From assembly GCA_025594325.1 (NCBI GenBank), contig JANHCV010000015.1, positions 186,001-250,000 on the forward strand: DNA of 64,000 nt. Direction: 5' to 3'. Below are positions 24,401 to 36,298 of this stretch, piece by piece (position 1 is the first letter of the stretch; every line of letters starts with the position of its first letter). A program made the position numbers and the translations under genes. The notes beneath the pieces are model-generated. The model saw only the letters and a program-made list of their open reading frames with translations. It did no database searches and was not told the origin of the DNA. This DNA is from Blastocladiella emersonii ATCC 22665. Lineage: Eukaryota > Fungi > Blastocladiomycota.

Positions 24401-26317
24401 CAGAACACGCTCGACGCGTTCCGCAAGCTGCTCCTAGTCCGCGCGTGGTGCCTCGACCGCACCGTCATGGCGTGCAAGCAGTACATTGCCGAGTCGCTCG
24501 GCGTCAAGTTTGCCGAGTCGCAGGTGCTCGACCTCGACGCGCTGCTGTGCGAGTCGGACAACCGCACGCCCATGGTGTGTCTGCTGTCGACGGGGTCGGA
24601 CCCGTCGTCGGACATCGAGGCGCTGTCGAAAAAGTACAAGGTCGACATCAAGGCCATCTCCATGGGCCAGGGCCAGGAGATCCACGCGCGCAAGTGGCTG
24701 CAGCAGTTTCTGACCAACGGCGGGTGGCTGCTACTGCAGAACTGCCATCTCGGGATCCCGTTCCTCGACGAGCTGCTCAACACGATCCTCGACACGGAGA
24801 CGATCAGCGAAAAGTTCCGCATCTGGATCACGACCGACGTGAACCCCAAGTTCCCCATCAACCTGCTGCAGATCTCCATCAAGTTCACCAACGAGCCGCC
24901 GCAGGGCGTCAAGGCCGGGCTCAAGCGCACCTACAACTGGCTGACCCAGGACATGCTCGAGATGAGCAACCGCCCGCAGTACAAGCCGCTGCTGTACGGA
25001 CTCGCGTTCCTGCACTCGGTGGTCCAGGAGCGGCGCAAGTTCGGCCCCATCGGGTGGAACATTCCGTACGAGTTCAACCAGTCGGATCTCGCGGCGTCGG
25101 TGCAGTTTGTGCAGAACCACGTCGACGAGCTGCAGCCCAAGCAGTCCATTTCGTGGATCACGGCGCGGTACATGTTCTGCGAGGTGCACTACGGCGGGCG
25201 CGTGACGGACGACTACGACCGGCGGCTGCTCAACACGTACGGCAAGGTGTGGTTCGGCGACCACATGTTCCTGCCCGAGTTCATGTTCTACAAGGGGTAC
25301 ACGATCCCGGCGCTCAAGACGATCGAGGAGTACCGGGCGGCGATCGAGACGCTGCCGCTGGTCGACTCGCCCGAGGTGTTTGGGCTGCACCCGAACGCGG
25401 ACATCTCGTCGCAGACCAAGCAGTCGCAGTCGATGCTCGAGACGATCCTGTCGATCCAGCCCAAGGACTCTGGCGGCGGCTCGGGCGAGACGCGCGAGGA
25501 CGCGGTCAAGCGGATCGCCAACGACCTGCTGTCGAAGCTGCCCGACGACTTTGACAAGAACCGGGTCAAGGAGTGCCTCAAGAAGCAGGGCGGGCCGAAA
25601 CCGCTCAACATCTTCCTGGGGCAGGAGGTGGACCGCATGCAGACGGTGCTGACGGTGGCGCGCAACGACCTGCAGGACCTCAAGCTGGCCATCGACGGGA
25701 CCATCATCTGCTCGGCGCAGCTGCAGCAGGCGCTCGACGCGCTGTACGACGCGCGCGTGCCCGCGACGTGGGCCAAGGTGTCGTGGCAGGGCGCGACGCT
25801 CGGGCTGTGGTTCACGGAGCTGGTGCTGCGGTTCCAGCAGTACCACACGTGGGTGTTTGACGGGCGCCCGCTCGTCTTCTGGCTGACGGGCCTGTTCAAC
25901 CCGCAGGGCTTCCTGACGGCGATCCGGCAGGAGATCACGCGCGTGCACGCCGGGTGGGCGCTCGACAACGTGCGGCTCGCACCCGAGGTGGTCAAGCAGA
26001 TGAAGGAGGACATCACGGCGCCGCCCAGCGAGGGCCTGTACATCCACGGCCTGTTCATCGAGGGCGCCGGGTGGGACCGCAAGAACCTGCGGCTCGTCGA
26101 CTCGCAGCCCAAGATCATCTACCAGGCAATGCCCGTGGTGCACGTCTCGGCGGTCAACGGCAACGACGAGCCCGACCCGAAGCTGTACCGGTCGCCCGTG
26201 TACAAGCGGCCGCGGCGCACGGACCAGAACTACATCTTCGACATTGACGTCAAGACGCAGCAGCCGCCCGAGTACTGGATCCTGCGCGGCGTGGCTATGA
26301 TGGCGGCCACGTCGTGA
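12412..26317 (+). CDS. DNAH5: Axonemal outer-arm dynein heavy chain, gamma/DNAH5-8 type (about 4535 aa). Exons 12412-12759, 12835-13056, 13133-13615, 13696-23619, 23687-26317
   Basis: DHC_N1 tail (ANESK|DNVKYL). AAA1 GPAGTGKTETTKDLG and [22 protein letters not shown]; AAA2 GPTGTGKT; AAA3 GEPGTAKT; AAA4 GVGGSGKQ. C-terminal YGGRVTDDYDRRLLNTYGKVWF as in DNAH5/8. Four phase-0 GT-AG introns restore one frame. Confidence 0.93.
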
Positions 26318-26595
26318 GGTGTTGTTGTGTATTGTTTACTATTTTGTGCTGTTATCAATCTATCGACTTGTTTCTCGCTGGAAAACGCGTCCCTCGCGGG
26401 TGAGAGGCAACTTGACGCGCGTGGCAGGCGCCTTGAAGCAGCGCTCAGGTGACGCACTGTTCCGATCGTCGCGGCCTGGGAACTCGCGCGTCGCCCTTCG
26501 CTTCGCCTCATCTCATCTTCCCTTCAAACCGTCCATTGCGACGAGGCAACCCCCGCCCCGCACTCGCTGCAACCCGCCCGCCGCGCCCACCTGCC

Positions 26596-29500
26596 ATGCC
26601 GCGGGACTCGCGCCCGCCGACCAAGCCCAAGAAGAACCCGAGTGTCCGCGTCACCCCGGCCGCGCAGGCCCGCCTCGCCCAGCTCGCGCAGCAGCACAGC
26701 GCCTCTGCCAGCAGCAGTTCCGCATCATCGTCCACGTCGGCCCCGTCGCCGTCGAGCCCCAACAAACGCGTCCGGATCAGCGCACCATCATCCTCGTCTG
26801 CATCCGCCTCGTCGTCGAGCATGATGTCCCGACCCGCAGGGGGTGGCGGTAACGCCAGTAACGGGCCCGCCTCGCGCGGTGGCACCGGTAACAGCAACAA
26901 CAGCACCGGCAACGGGCCCGAGTTTGCGTTCAAGTCCACGACCACGTTCATGCTCGGCGCCGCGGGCAAGTCGTCAGCGCTGCGCTCCGGCCCGCGTCTC
27001 TCGCTCGCCGAGTCGGGCGGCGGGCTCGGCAGCAAGCACTTTGCCAAGAAGCTCGTCGTGCGCGACCTCAAGGGTGCGTCCTGCGCTCGTCCCGTGTGTT
27101 GCACGTCCACTGACGCTGATTGCGCCCTCCGCGTGTCTAGTCAAACCGGTCCTCCCGCCCGACTTCCGCGACACGACGTGGTCCAAGCTGCGCACCGCGA
27201 TCCGCGCCATCTTCGCGCGCGAGCCGGTGCCGTACGGCCTCGAGGACCTGTACCGCGCGTGCGAGGCGCTGTGCCACCACAACTTTGGTGCGTGGCTGCA
27301 CGCGCAGGTCGCGGATGCCGTGGCCGAGCACGCGCGCGCCATCTACACGGCGTCCTTCACGGGCGTCCACGCCGACGACGCAGCGCGCGACCCGCTCGCC
27401 CTCCTGCGCCCGCTCGTCGCCGCGTGGGACCAGTACACGGACGCCCTGCGCATGGCGCGCGCCGTCCTCCTGTACCTCGACCGCACCTACGCGCTGCCCG
27501 GCGGCCACACGCCGCTGTGGGACTTCGGCCTGCGCGCCTTCGCCGACCACGTCTACCTCGCGCGCGGCGGTGCGGTGCGCGACGCCGCGTGTAACGCCGT
27601 CGTGTTCGCCGTCCGCCGTCTGCGCGGGCACACGTGGATGATGCAGGACGCCATGGTTGCCGACGGCGAGGACGCGGCGCTCCGGGCCGCGGTCGCGGCC
27701 GTCGCCAAGCAGCTCGACGCGCTTGGCATGTACACGGACAAGCTCGAGTCCGTGCTCGTCGCGACCTCCGAGCGCGATTTCGCGCACCACGCCGCGGCGG
27801 TCATCCGCGACGCCGCCAACCTGGACGCCGGTTCGGGCTCGGGCGACGACGCGGCGGTTGAGGCGCCCGGCGCCACGCACTACCTGCACTACGTGCGGTC
27901 GACGCTGGCCGCCGAGACGGCCCTGCACGCGCTGCTCCCGGCGTCGTCGGGCCCGCTGCTCACGCAGGTCCTGCAGGCGCAGCTCGTGTCGGCGCACCTC
28001 GCGACGCTGCTCGCGGGCGTCGACGCGTGGCTCAGCCGCGCCCGCGACGCCGACCTGCGCACGCTGTTCGGGCTGCTGCGCGCCGTCGGCCGCGTCGTGC
28101 CCGACCTCCGCGACAAGGTGTACGGCTGGACCGTGCAGCGCGGGTCGGCGATCGTGCTCGGCGCGACTGGTGGGGCGGGAAAGCAGCGCGACCCGCACGG
28201 CGCCGTGGTGCTCGCCGAGTCGCGCAAGCGCGCTGTGGATGCCGGCGTGGTCCTGCTCAGCGACTCGCCGCAGCAGCAGCAGCAGCAGGCGGGGGAGACG
28301 GCCGAGCTGCCGCGCGTCGACGCGCTGCTGATCCTCAAGGTGCACCTCGAGCACCTGGTCGCGAGCGCGTTCGCGTCGGCGGAGCCCCTGGTGGCGGCGG
28401 CCGAGGAGGCGTTCGCCAAGGTGATGAACGCGGTCAAGAACAAGCCGGCCGAGGACGTGGCCAAGTACCTCGACTCGGTGCTCCGGTCCCGCCGTATCGT
28501 CGACGACGCGACGCTCGCGCGCACGCTCGACCACGTTATGCAGCTGTTCCGCCACATCCACGGCAAGGACACGTTCCACGCCTTCTACCAGCGCGCGCTC
28601 GCGCGGCGCCTGCTCACGGGGAAGGTGACCTCCGACGACGCCGAGAAGGCCATGCTCACGCGGCTCGAGTTCGAGTGCGGGCGCGAGTACGCGAAGCCCC
28701 TCGAGGAAATGTTCCACGACGTGACCCGCAGCAAGGAGCTGCGCGCGCAGTTCGCCGATTCCGATTTCGGCAAGCAGACGCGCGGTGTCGACCTCGATGT
28801 GATCGTGTGCCAGGGCAGCGTGTGGCCCGCGGGCGCCGCCGCGCTCACGTCGTCTTCGGGCGGTGGGAAAGACGGCGATAAGAACGCGAGCGCGGCGGCG
28901 TCGCCGCTCGGCGCGCGTGTCCAGCTGCCCGCGGAACTCGCGGCCGCGTCGCACGCGTTCACGCAGTTCTACAAGTCGCAGCACGAGGGCCGCGCGCTGA
29001 CGTGGCAGCTCGACCAGGGGTCGGTGATCCTGCGCGCGTGGTACAACAAGGAGCTCGTGGTGTCGCTCGCGCAGGCGCTCGTGCTGATGGCGTTCAACGA
29101 CGACGGCCACGGCGCCGCGGACGTGCCGCCGACGCTCGGGTTCAAGGACCTGGCCGAGCGCACGGGGCTCGACGTCGCGGTGCTCCGCCACACGCTGCAG
29201 GGGCTCGCGTGCGGGAAGCTGCGGCTGCTCAAGAAGTCGCCGCCGCCGGCCAAGGGCGGCGAGGTCCACGACACGGACCAGTTCCGCGTGGTCGAGGCGC
29301 TGCCCGCGTCGCTCGCAAAGTACCGGATCCGCGTGCCGCAGCTGATCCCGCGCGAGGTCGAGGACGCCGACACGGCCAAGACGCACGAGCAGGTCAAGCA
29401 GGACCGCAGTATGGCCATCGAGGCGGCCATCGTGCGCGTGCTCAAGACGCGCAAGCGGCTGCCCCACGCGATGCTGTTCAAGGAGGTGTGCGACCAGTGC

Positions 29501-29611
29501 AAGTTCCCGATCGAGTCGCCCGACTTCAAGAAGTGCGTCGAGGGGCTCCTCCAGCGCGAGTTTATCGAGCGCGACGCGGCGGACAAGAATGTATATAACT
29601 ACGTCGCGTAA
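26596..29611 (+). CDS. CUL4: Cullin, CUL4-like (982 aa). Exons 26596-27073, 27141-29611
   Basis: N-terminal KKLVVRDLK|VKPVLPPDF..TWSKLR as in CUL4. Cullin homology region GKDTFHAFYQRALARRLL...EKAML..L..ECG. Neddylation domain DRSMAIEAAIVRVLKTRK and C-terminal LLQREFIERD...YNYVA. Confidence 0.85.
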
Positions 29612-29693
29612 GCTGATCGGGTTGCGCGCGGAATACACACACACGAGTTTGTTCAATCGAAATCAATCAAGCTAGACTAGTGTATTTACTTGC

Positions 29694-30335
29694 TCAGGCG
29701 CGCTTGCCCATCATGGCGCGATACCGCGCCTCGACCTCGTCCATGAGCGCCTGCAGCGTGTTGACGGCCTCGCGGCGCTTGGCGCGGGCGACCTCGAACC
29801 CGGGCGGGACCGCGACGCCGTCGACCTTGAGCAGCGCCTGCATCAGGCGCTCGCCGATCTCGCCCTTGAGCTTGGTCACGTCGGGCGACGGCGGGCCCGC
29901 GGCCGGCGCGCGCGCAAACCGGTCCAGCAGCGGGTTCAGCGGCGCCATGGCGCCCGCCAGCAGGTCCGACACGGTCGCGATCACGGCCTGCTCGCGCGGG
30001 TCGGCCGACGCGAGGTTGGCCGTTGGTGCTGATGCGGGGGAAGGGGCCGCGGGGGTGTAGGCTGGCTGGAGCGGGGCAATGGACGGCTCGGGGGCGCGCG
30101 GTGGGCCCTGCGAGGCGAGGGCGAGGACGCGCGAGTCGGCGTGCAGGCCGTACTGGGCGAGCGTCGCGGACGTGTCCTTGAGGATGCCGCCGTTGTAGAC
30201 GAGGCGCAGGCCGGCTTGTGGCACGCCCAGCGTCGCGGCGGCCGTCGCCACCAGCTCGGCCAGCGTCACCATCGACAGCGGGCGGTCGAACGCCACGGCG
30301 TGCGCGTGCTTGTTGTGCAGCAGCGTGATGGGCAT
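29694..30335 (-). CDS. Ubiquitin-like + BAG domain Hsp70 co-chaperone (BAG1/Bag101 type)
   Basis: UBL-like LGVPQAGLRLVYNGGILKD..TLAQYGL and C-terminal BAG EIGERLMQALLKVDGV...ARAKRREAVNTLQALMDEVE. Confidence 0.85.
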   Translation of the reverse strand: MPITLLHNKHAHAVAFDRPLSMVTLAELVATAAATLGVPQAGLRLVYNGGILKDTSATLAQYGLHADSRVLALASQGPPRAPEPSIAPLQPAYTPAAPSPASAPTANLASADPREQAVIATVSDLLAGAMAPLNPLLDRFARAPAAGPPSPDVTKLKGEIGERLMQALLKVDGVAVPPGFEVARAKRREAVNTLQALMDEVEARYRAMMGKRA

Positions 30336-30610
30336 TTGGGTTCGTGTGCTTCGTAGTTGTTCTTGGGGGAGGAGAAGAGGCGGTCGCGCTGACTCGTTTC
30401 GCGGCGAGAAGAAAGGGCGATCGGCGCGGCGTGACGCGCGCGTGACGGTCGAGTCGCGTCCAAAATTTCGGTGCCGTGTGGCTCACGTCGGCTGATGGAT
30501 GGCGCGATTCGACCTCCCCTCCCTCTCTCCCGCTCCCCAACCACGAACCGGGCCTCCACATCCGCTGGACGCCAACGTATCTCTTTCTCAAGAACGCCAG
30601 GAAACCAGCC

Positions 30611-31995
30611 ATGGCCGCCCGCCTCCCGCGCTGCTCAGACCGCGTCGCCCACTTTGTCCAGGATGTCTGGTGCGTCACGCTCGCGGCGGGTTTCTGCCTC
30701 GGACGCCGTGGTTAACTGCTGTTCCGACTCGCTAGGTCCGTCTTCTCGCCGCTGGCCATCAAGACGGGCGCCGGTACGTCCTCGCGAGCACCGCGGCCAC
30801 CCTGCTCGCTGCTCACGCTTCCGCCGTCACCACAGTGAACCTCGGCCAGGGCTTCCCCAACTTCCCGCCGCCCGCCTTCATCAAGGAGGCCGCCGCCAAG
30901 GCCATCGGGCCCGACCTCAACAACCAGTACGCGCACCCCAAGGGCCAGCTGGCCCTGCGCAAGGAGCTCGCCACCACCTTCTCGCCGCTGTTCGGCCGCG
31001 CCCTGGACGTCGAGGAGAACATGGTGGTGACGGCGGGCGCCAACGAGGCCATCTACGCAACGCTCGCCGCGTACCTGAACCCGGGCGACGAGTGCATCAT
31101 GATGGAGCCCTTCTTCGACCAGTACGAGCCCAACGTGACGCTCAACGGCGGCGTGCCCGTCTACGTGCCGCTGCGCCAGCAGCCGGGCTCGGGTGACTGG
31201 ACGCTCGATATCGCCGAGCTGCAGGCCAAGATCACCCCGCGGTCCCGCGTCATCATCGTCAACACCCCGCACAACCCGACGGGGAAGGTGTTCACCCGCG
31301 CCGAGCTGCTCGCCATCGGCGCCGTCGCCGCGGAGCACAACCTGCTCGTCATCGCCGACGAGGTGTACGAGCGCCTCGTCTACGCCCCGCACGCGCACGT
31401 CCGCATGGCGTCACTCTCCGAGGACCTGTGGAACCGCACCGTGACCATCGGGTCCGCCGGCAAGACCTTTGCCGTGACGGGGTGGCGGCTCGGGTGGGCG
31501 ATCGGCGCGCCCGACGTGATCCGCAACGTGCTCAACGCACACACCCGCATCGTCTTCTGCGCCAACGCGCCGCTGCAGCTCGCCGTCGCCGACGCGCTGC
31601 GCGAGGCCCGCGAGACCGGGTTCTACGCGACCCAGGTCGACGAGTACGCCGCGCGCCGCGACGTGCTCCTCGCCGCCTTCAACGACCTTGGCCTCACCGC
31701 GACCGTCCCGCACGGCAGCTACTTTGTCGTCGTCGATACCGCGCGCATCGCGATCCCGGACGACGAGTGGGCCGAGGTGTGCAGCGTGCCGATGCCCAGT
31801 GCGAACCGCGACTGGCGCGTCTGCTTCTGGCTCACGACCAAGATCGGCGTCGCCGCGATCCCGCCCTCCAGCTTCTACTCGCCTGAGAACGCGCATCTCG
31901 CCGAGAACCTCGCTCGGTTCTGCTTCTGCAAGACGGACGAGACCCTGCGGCAGGCGGTCGCCGCGCTGTCCAAGCTCAAGGCGTACATTCGCTGA
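30611..31995 (+). CDS. BNA3: Kynurenine aminotransferase-like class I/II PLP aminotransferase (418 aa). Exons 30611-30669, 30736-30773, 30836-31995
   Basis: VNLGQGFPNF, VTAGANEA, MEPFFDQY, NTPHNPTGKVF, DEVYE and the PLP-lysine motif SAGKTFAVTGWRLGW. Two short introns with consistent phases. Confidence 0.9.
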
Positions 31996-33080
31996 GCAGA
32001 CCTAGCTGAGAATACACTTGTACATTACAAGCTGCTTGCAGAAGGGCGAGAAGGAGAAGCGGTGTCATGGGCTTCGAGCTGCAGCGATGAACCGGGTGAC
32101 GATGGAAGGAGCGACCAACTTGACTTGGCCAGCTCGAGCTCCCGCTCCCCCCACACAAGATGTAGCCCATGGAATCACAGTAACTTATGTTAATCACTTT
32201 ATGCAACATCGGACAGAGCCCTCGGCACATCTCTTGCTGCATTATTGAGAGTCGTTGAGCGGTTACCGCCTGCGTGGCCGACCCCACCAACACAGCTGCC
32301 ATCCTTCGGCCCCTGCTTGTGCTTCCTCGTGCACGCGCTTGGGCCGTACCTCTTGCTGCTATGTCCCGCTCGACTGAACGGCCGGCCGAGTCGCCGTTAC
32401 TGCGCGAATCAGCGCGCAGTGGGTTGCCACTGGATGCTTGCGGCCTTGTCCCGTCGCCAGGTCCGTGTTCCTGAACGGTGGGGTAAGGCAGGCTTGGACT
32501 TTCATGTTCCAGATCCTGCACGCCGACTCCTCCATGATGTTCATCCCGTTCGCCTGCGCGGTGTGCGCGGTGTTTGAGAGTAAGCACGCGGGTGTCCGCA
32601 ACACTTTCGCGTTGTCGAATCGGGTCGCGCTGAGACACGATGCAGCTCTGTGCAAGTCGGTGCGCGTAGGCGCCGGGGGTCTGTCCTGCGGTGCTTGGTG
32701 GTCGCTTCCAACGGGTCGCCGCAGTACCCAAGCGTGGAGCTCGTAGGCCTCGCTCATGGTGGAAGACAGCTGATGCCTTGCCCCAAGTCCACCCTAGTGA
32801 ACTTCAATCAAATATATGCTCACTCCTCCTTATCCTCTGGAAGTCCAACCGCTCGTTGATGACGAGCTTGCTTTCGGTTCGCTCATGGGCACTCGCAAGA
32901 CACGCCACACTTCAGATCAGGCAGTTCTCAGGCGCGTTGAAAACACGGCGCGATTTGACTCCATGCCGCGCGTGCCGGGACGATCTTGGGCCCGGAGCGT
33001 GACGCTAAACTTACACCAACTCACGTGCTCCTGTTTGGGTCGCGTTGCTAAGGAGCCCAGGCGGCCGAGATGCCGGCGGG

Positions 33081-33087
33081 TATAAAA
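33081..33087 (+). promoter_or_regulatory. Candidate TATA box (TATAAAA) upstream of the degenerate coiled-coil gene copy
   Basis: tataaaa in a GC-rich context about 60 nt before the region of homology. Confidence 0.35.
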
Positions 33088-33139
33088 CCTGGTTGATCCG
33101 CTCTCCCTTCCTAGCTCTTAGCCACACACTACTCAGCAA

Positions 33140-34282
33140 GTGAGTCGCCCTCAAAACAACCAGTGGGAACTCCCACCCCAGCTGCCGGCGCCCTTGCCAT
33201 TTCTGCTTGCTGATCAGCAGCATCAGCACGCGGCAGTGGGTAGCAACCAGTTGATCCTGCAGGTACATGATCGCAAGCTTCTGTGTGCAGCGCCCGCCAA
33301 GACTCTAACGCTGCCCCGCTTAGCCAAATCCAATCTGTGCACCCATGATCGCAATCCAGCACCCACAACCTCCGCTCGCCTACCCCACTCCCCCTCCAAC
33401 TCTACCCATCCAAACTCAACTCAACCACCCTGCTCTGGCCGAGATCACGCTGCTCCGCGCACACAACACTGCGCTTGAGCAACACCTCGCCACGCTCCAG
33501 GCGAGCTACGACACGCTCAAGTTTGACTGCGCCCAGCAGCAGCAGCAACAGCAACGTGTTCAGCAGCCCAAGGACTCGCACGCGGCCAAGTACAACTACC
33601 TGCTGGATCGACACAAAGAAGTGTTGAACAAAAGCAACGAGGCCACAGCTCTGATCCAGAACCTCAATACGCAGCTGGACGCGGCCAAGGTCAGCGTCGC
33701 TCAGACCAGCCATCAGCTCCTTTGTGCCGACCAGCGCGCCTCGCGGCCCCAGCTCGAGCTGGATCGTGGGCAAAAGGACCTGGTGGCTGCTCGTCTTGAG
33801 CGCGACGAGGTAGGGGACGCGCTTGGATCGATCAATCAGCTGTATGGGGTTGTTGAACGGCACAACAACGAGCTCATGGCAAAGCTCATTGAGGCCCAGG
33901 CTGCGCTGGAACAGACGCACTTGCAGAACGCTGCACTCGCGCAAGAGCGCGACAATTTGGTACGGTTTTCCACTCTGCTCAACTCATGGTTCCCATCACT
34001 TGAAAGTGATGGTGGACACGGCGCGCTTGGAGCATGCTGAAGTTGCTCAAACCCCTTGGATTAGCTTAACACGGTTTCTCTGTTTAAACCCAACTCCCTT
34101 GCTATTGTTGAGACGGTGCCCACCATGTTCGCTCCAACTGGTTCAGCGACTGCAGTTGGTTCCCCTGTTCATCCTGGACCTGATCCGCGTTGCCGCTCCA
34201 TCCAGCGCTCAAACGCAAGGCGCTTAAGTCCATGGACAGTGCTGCTGCAGGCAAAATCCCTCATCGCCGCCCAAGAAATTGA
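33140..34282 (+). pseudogene. Frameshifted paralog of the coiled-coil/chromodomain gene at 34769-35938, lacking the chromodomain
   Basis: Colinear similarity with the neighbour (LLRAHNTALE..YDTLK vs LLRSQNVVLK..YDTLK; ERDEVGDALGSINQLY vs ERDDVGNALGSVNQLY; aaacgcaaggcgc shared) is split over several frames. In-frame TAG at 33321 just before the 33345 ORF, TGA at 34038, an apparent 1-nt deletion near 34186, and TGA at 34280 where the paralog enters its chromodomain. Confidence 0.7.
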
Positions 34283-34768
34283 GTATTTTGCGTCTCTCTG
34301 GAGCTTTTTTGAGCTGAATATCGCTCAAGGTTCAAACACAGCGTCTTGCAGCAAGACAAGTGATCACACCACCCATCAAACGTTGCGAGTGACATGCTGA
34401 TTTTTGTTGTCCCGCGTGCTTCACCAAACATGACGTTTTCCCACGATCGAATTTGGATGCTAGTGTCACTCCATCACTTGAGCGATCACTGCCACGCAAG
34501 CACGCCCGCCGCTCCGCCCTTCATACCCTTGTGTTCGCTCCTTGATATGTTTTCCGCTGTGACTGTGCCCTATGAACTCGCGGATAACGTGGAGCCAAAC
34601 GTGATCAAGGCGTGACACGACAATCACGAGGTACATCACGTGCTGAAGCTTGCGAGGAGTTCAGGGGGGTTGGTCAGGGGTTCACCGGCCTTCGTGGCGG
34701 TACAAAAGGCAAGCCGGCCCGCTCTCGCTCTCCCGCTCGAGCCCTCTTGGCCGTCAACGTCGAAACAA

Positions 34769-35938
34769 ATGAAACTTCCCGAAAGCAACCCAAACGAGCT
34801 GCCGCCGCTGCATCGTCTGATTGCTGAGGCGGCTGGCATGGAACAAAAAGACCAACCGATCCCGCAGATTTGGCGCCAACCTCCGCCTGCAGACCTCGAC
34901 AAGCCCATTGCGGCGCCGCACACCGTCATCCCCTCGCACAAGTTGGACTGCGCGCCAACGACCCGCTCCCAGCATCCACAACATCCGCTCTCGTACCTTC
35001 CTCCGCCTCCTACTCGTCCTGCGCAAATCCAACCCGATCATCCGCTCCTGGGCAAGATTGCGCTCCTCCGCTCTCAAAACGTCGTGCTCAAGAAGAACTT
35101 CGAGGCGCTTCAGGCCAAATACGACACCCTCAAATCCAACTGCATCAAATTGCAGCAACGTGGTTCGGCGCTCATCAACTCGACCACAGCCAAGCACAAC
35201 GATTTGGTGGATCATCATACGGTGGTGGTTGATCAGTGCGCCAAGGCCACCACTTTGATTCAAAACCTCAACGAGCAGGTGGCCGTGGCCAAGGCCGAGA
35301 TTTTACGCACTCGCCTTGAGCGCGACGATGTGGGGAACGCGCTCGGATCGGTGAACCAGCTCTACGAGGACGTGGAGCAGCACAACAACAAGCTCACAGA
35401 GAAGCTCAACGAAGCCCAGTCTGCGCTTGAGCAGGCCCGCTTGAGCAACGCGCTGCTCGCGCAGGAACGCGATGCCGCGGTGCAGCGTTGCACTCAACTC
35501 AAATCGCGGCTCGCGGAATCTGCTGTAACACTTGAGACGGACCACGCTGATGCTGTTCAACCGCGCAATACTCTTGCTATTATCAAATCGGCCCACATCG
35601 CCGCCGCTTCGACTGGTTCGGACCTTGCACCCCCTGTTCTTTCTGGACCCATTCCTGCGCCAACGCTTCAGCCGTCGCGTAAACGCAAGGCGCCTGCGTC
35701 CAACAATGGCATCAAAGCGGATGCAAAGGCCATTCGCCGCAAGCCAGGCAACTACCTCGTTGAGCAAATCCTTGCCGTTTGTCAAAATGGCGAAACCGCC
35801 GAGTACTTGGTCCAGCGGCAAGGATATTTCAGAACTGCGTGGAAGTCGCACGACGAGCTCGCGCGCGTGAACATCAAGCACCTCGACCTTATCGCCGAGT
35901 TCCATGCCAAGCTCCCAAGCAAGCCTGACCCTCGTTGA
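34769..35938 (+). CDS. Coiled-coil protein with basic NLS-like RKRK and a C-terminal chromodomain-like module
   Basis: Heptad-rich central region. C-terminal NYLVEQILAV...EYLVQRQGY..TAWKSHDEL...DLIAEFH resembles the chromo consensus Y.VE.IL...EYLVKWKGY...TWEP..NL...I..F. Confidence 0.7.
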   Translation: MKLPESNPNELPPLHRLIAEAAGMEQKDQPIPQIWRQPPPADLDKPIAAPHTVIPSHKLDCAPTTRSQHPQHPLSYLPPPPTRPAQIQPDHPLLGKIALLRSQNVVLKKNFEALQAKYDTLKSNCIKLQQRGSALINSTTAKHNDLVDHHTVVVDQCAKATTLIQNLNEQVAVAKAEILRTRLERDDVGNALGSVNQLYEDVEQHNNKLTEKLNEAQSALEQARLSNALLAQERDAAVQRCTQLKSRLAESAVTLETDHADAVQPRNTLAIIKSAHIAAASTGSDLAPPVLSGPIPAPTLQPSRKRKAPASNNGIKADAKAIRRKPGNYLVEQILAVCQNGETAEYLVQRQGYFRTAWKSHDELARVNIKHLDLIAEFHAKLPSKPDPR

Positions 35939-36298
35939 TGGCTGTATTGCTGCTGATAGATCGACCATAGAATGCTTCTATCTTAGTAATCCGGTCGGCC
36001 TATCGCATGATTTGAGTACCGCGTAATGCTCCTATAACAAAGGGGTCATCAACGACCCTCAGACTTGAGGCCTTGCAGCAAGGCGAGAGATCACAACACC
36101 CATCAAAACTAGAGTAGTAGGCACGTTGTTGGTTCACGTCTGCCTCAGCGAACCTAACGTCTCCTCGCGGTCGAAGTATTTAAATTCATGGGTGAAGGGT
36201 GATGAGGCTTGACAGCACTCAGCAAGTGCAGGAAGCCTGCAAGCAACGTTGCGTTGCGACCAAGTCCTAATGCTTTTCCCTTGAGTCTCCTCAGCAAC

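Noticed and set aside
35753-35910. Chromodomain as evidence of a Ty3/gypsy chromovirus insertion
   Set aside because: I found no gag, protease, RT (YxDD), RNase H or integrase motifs and no LTR pair nearby, so it is not called a mobile element.
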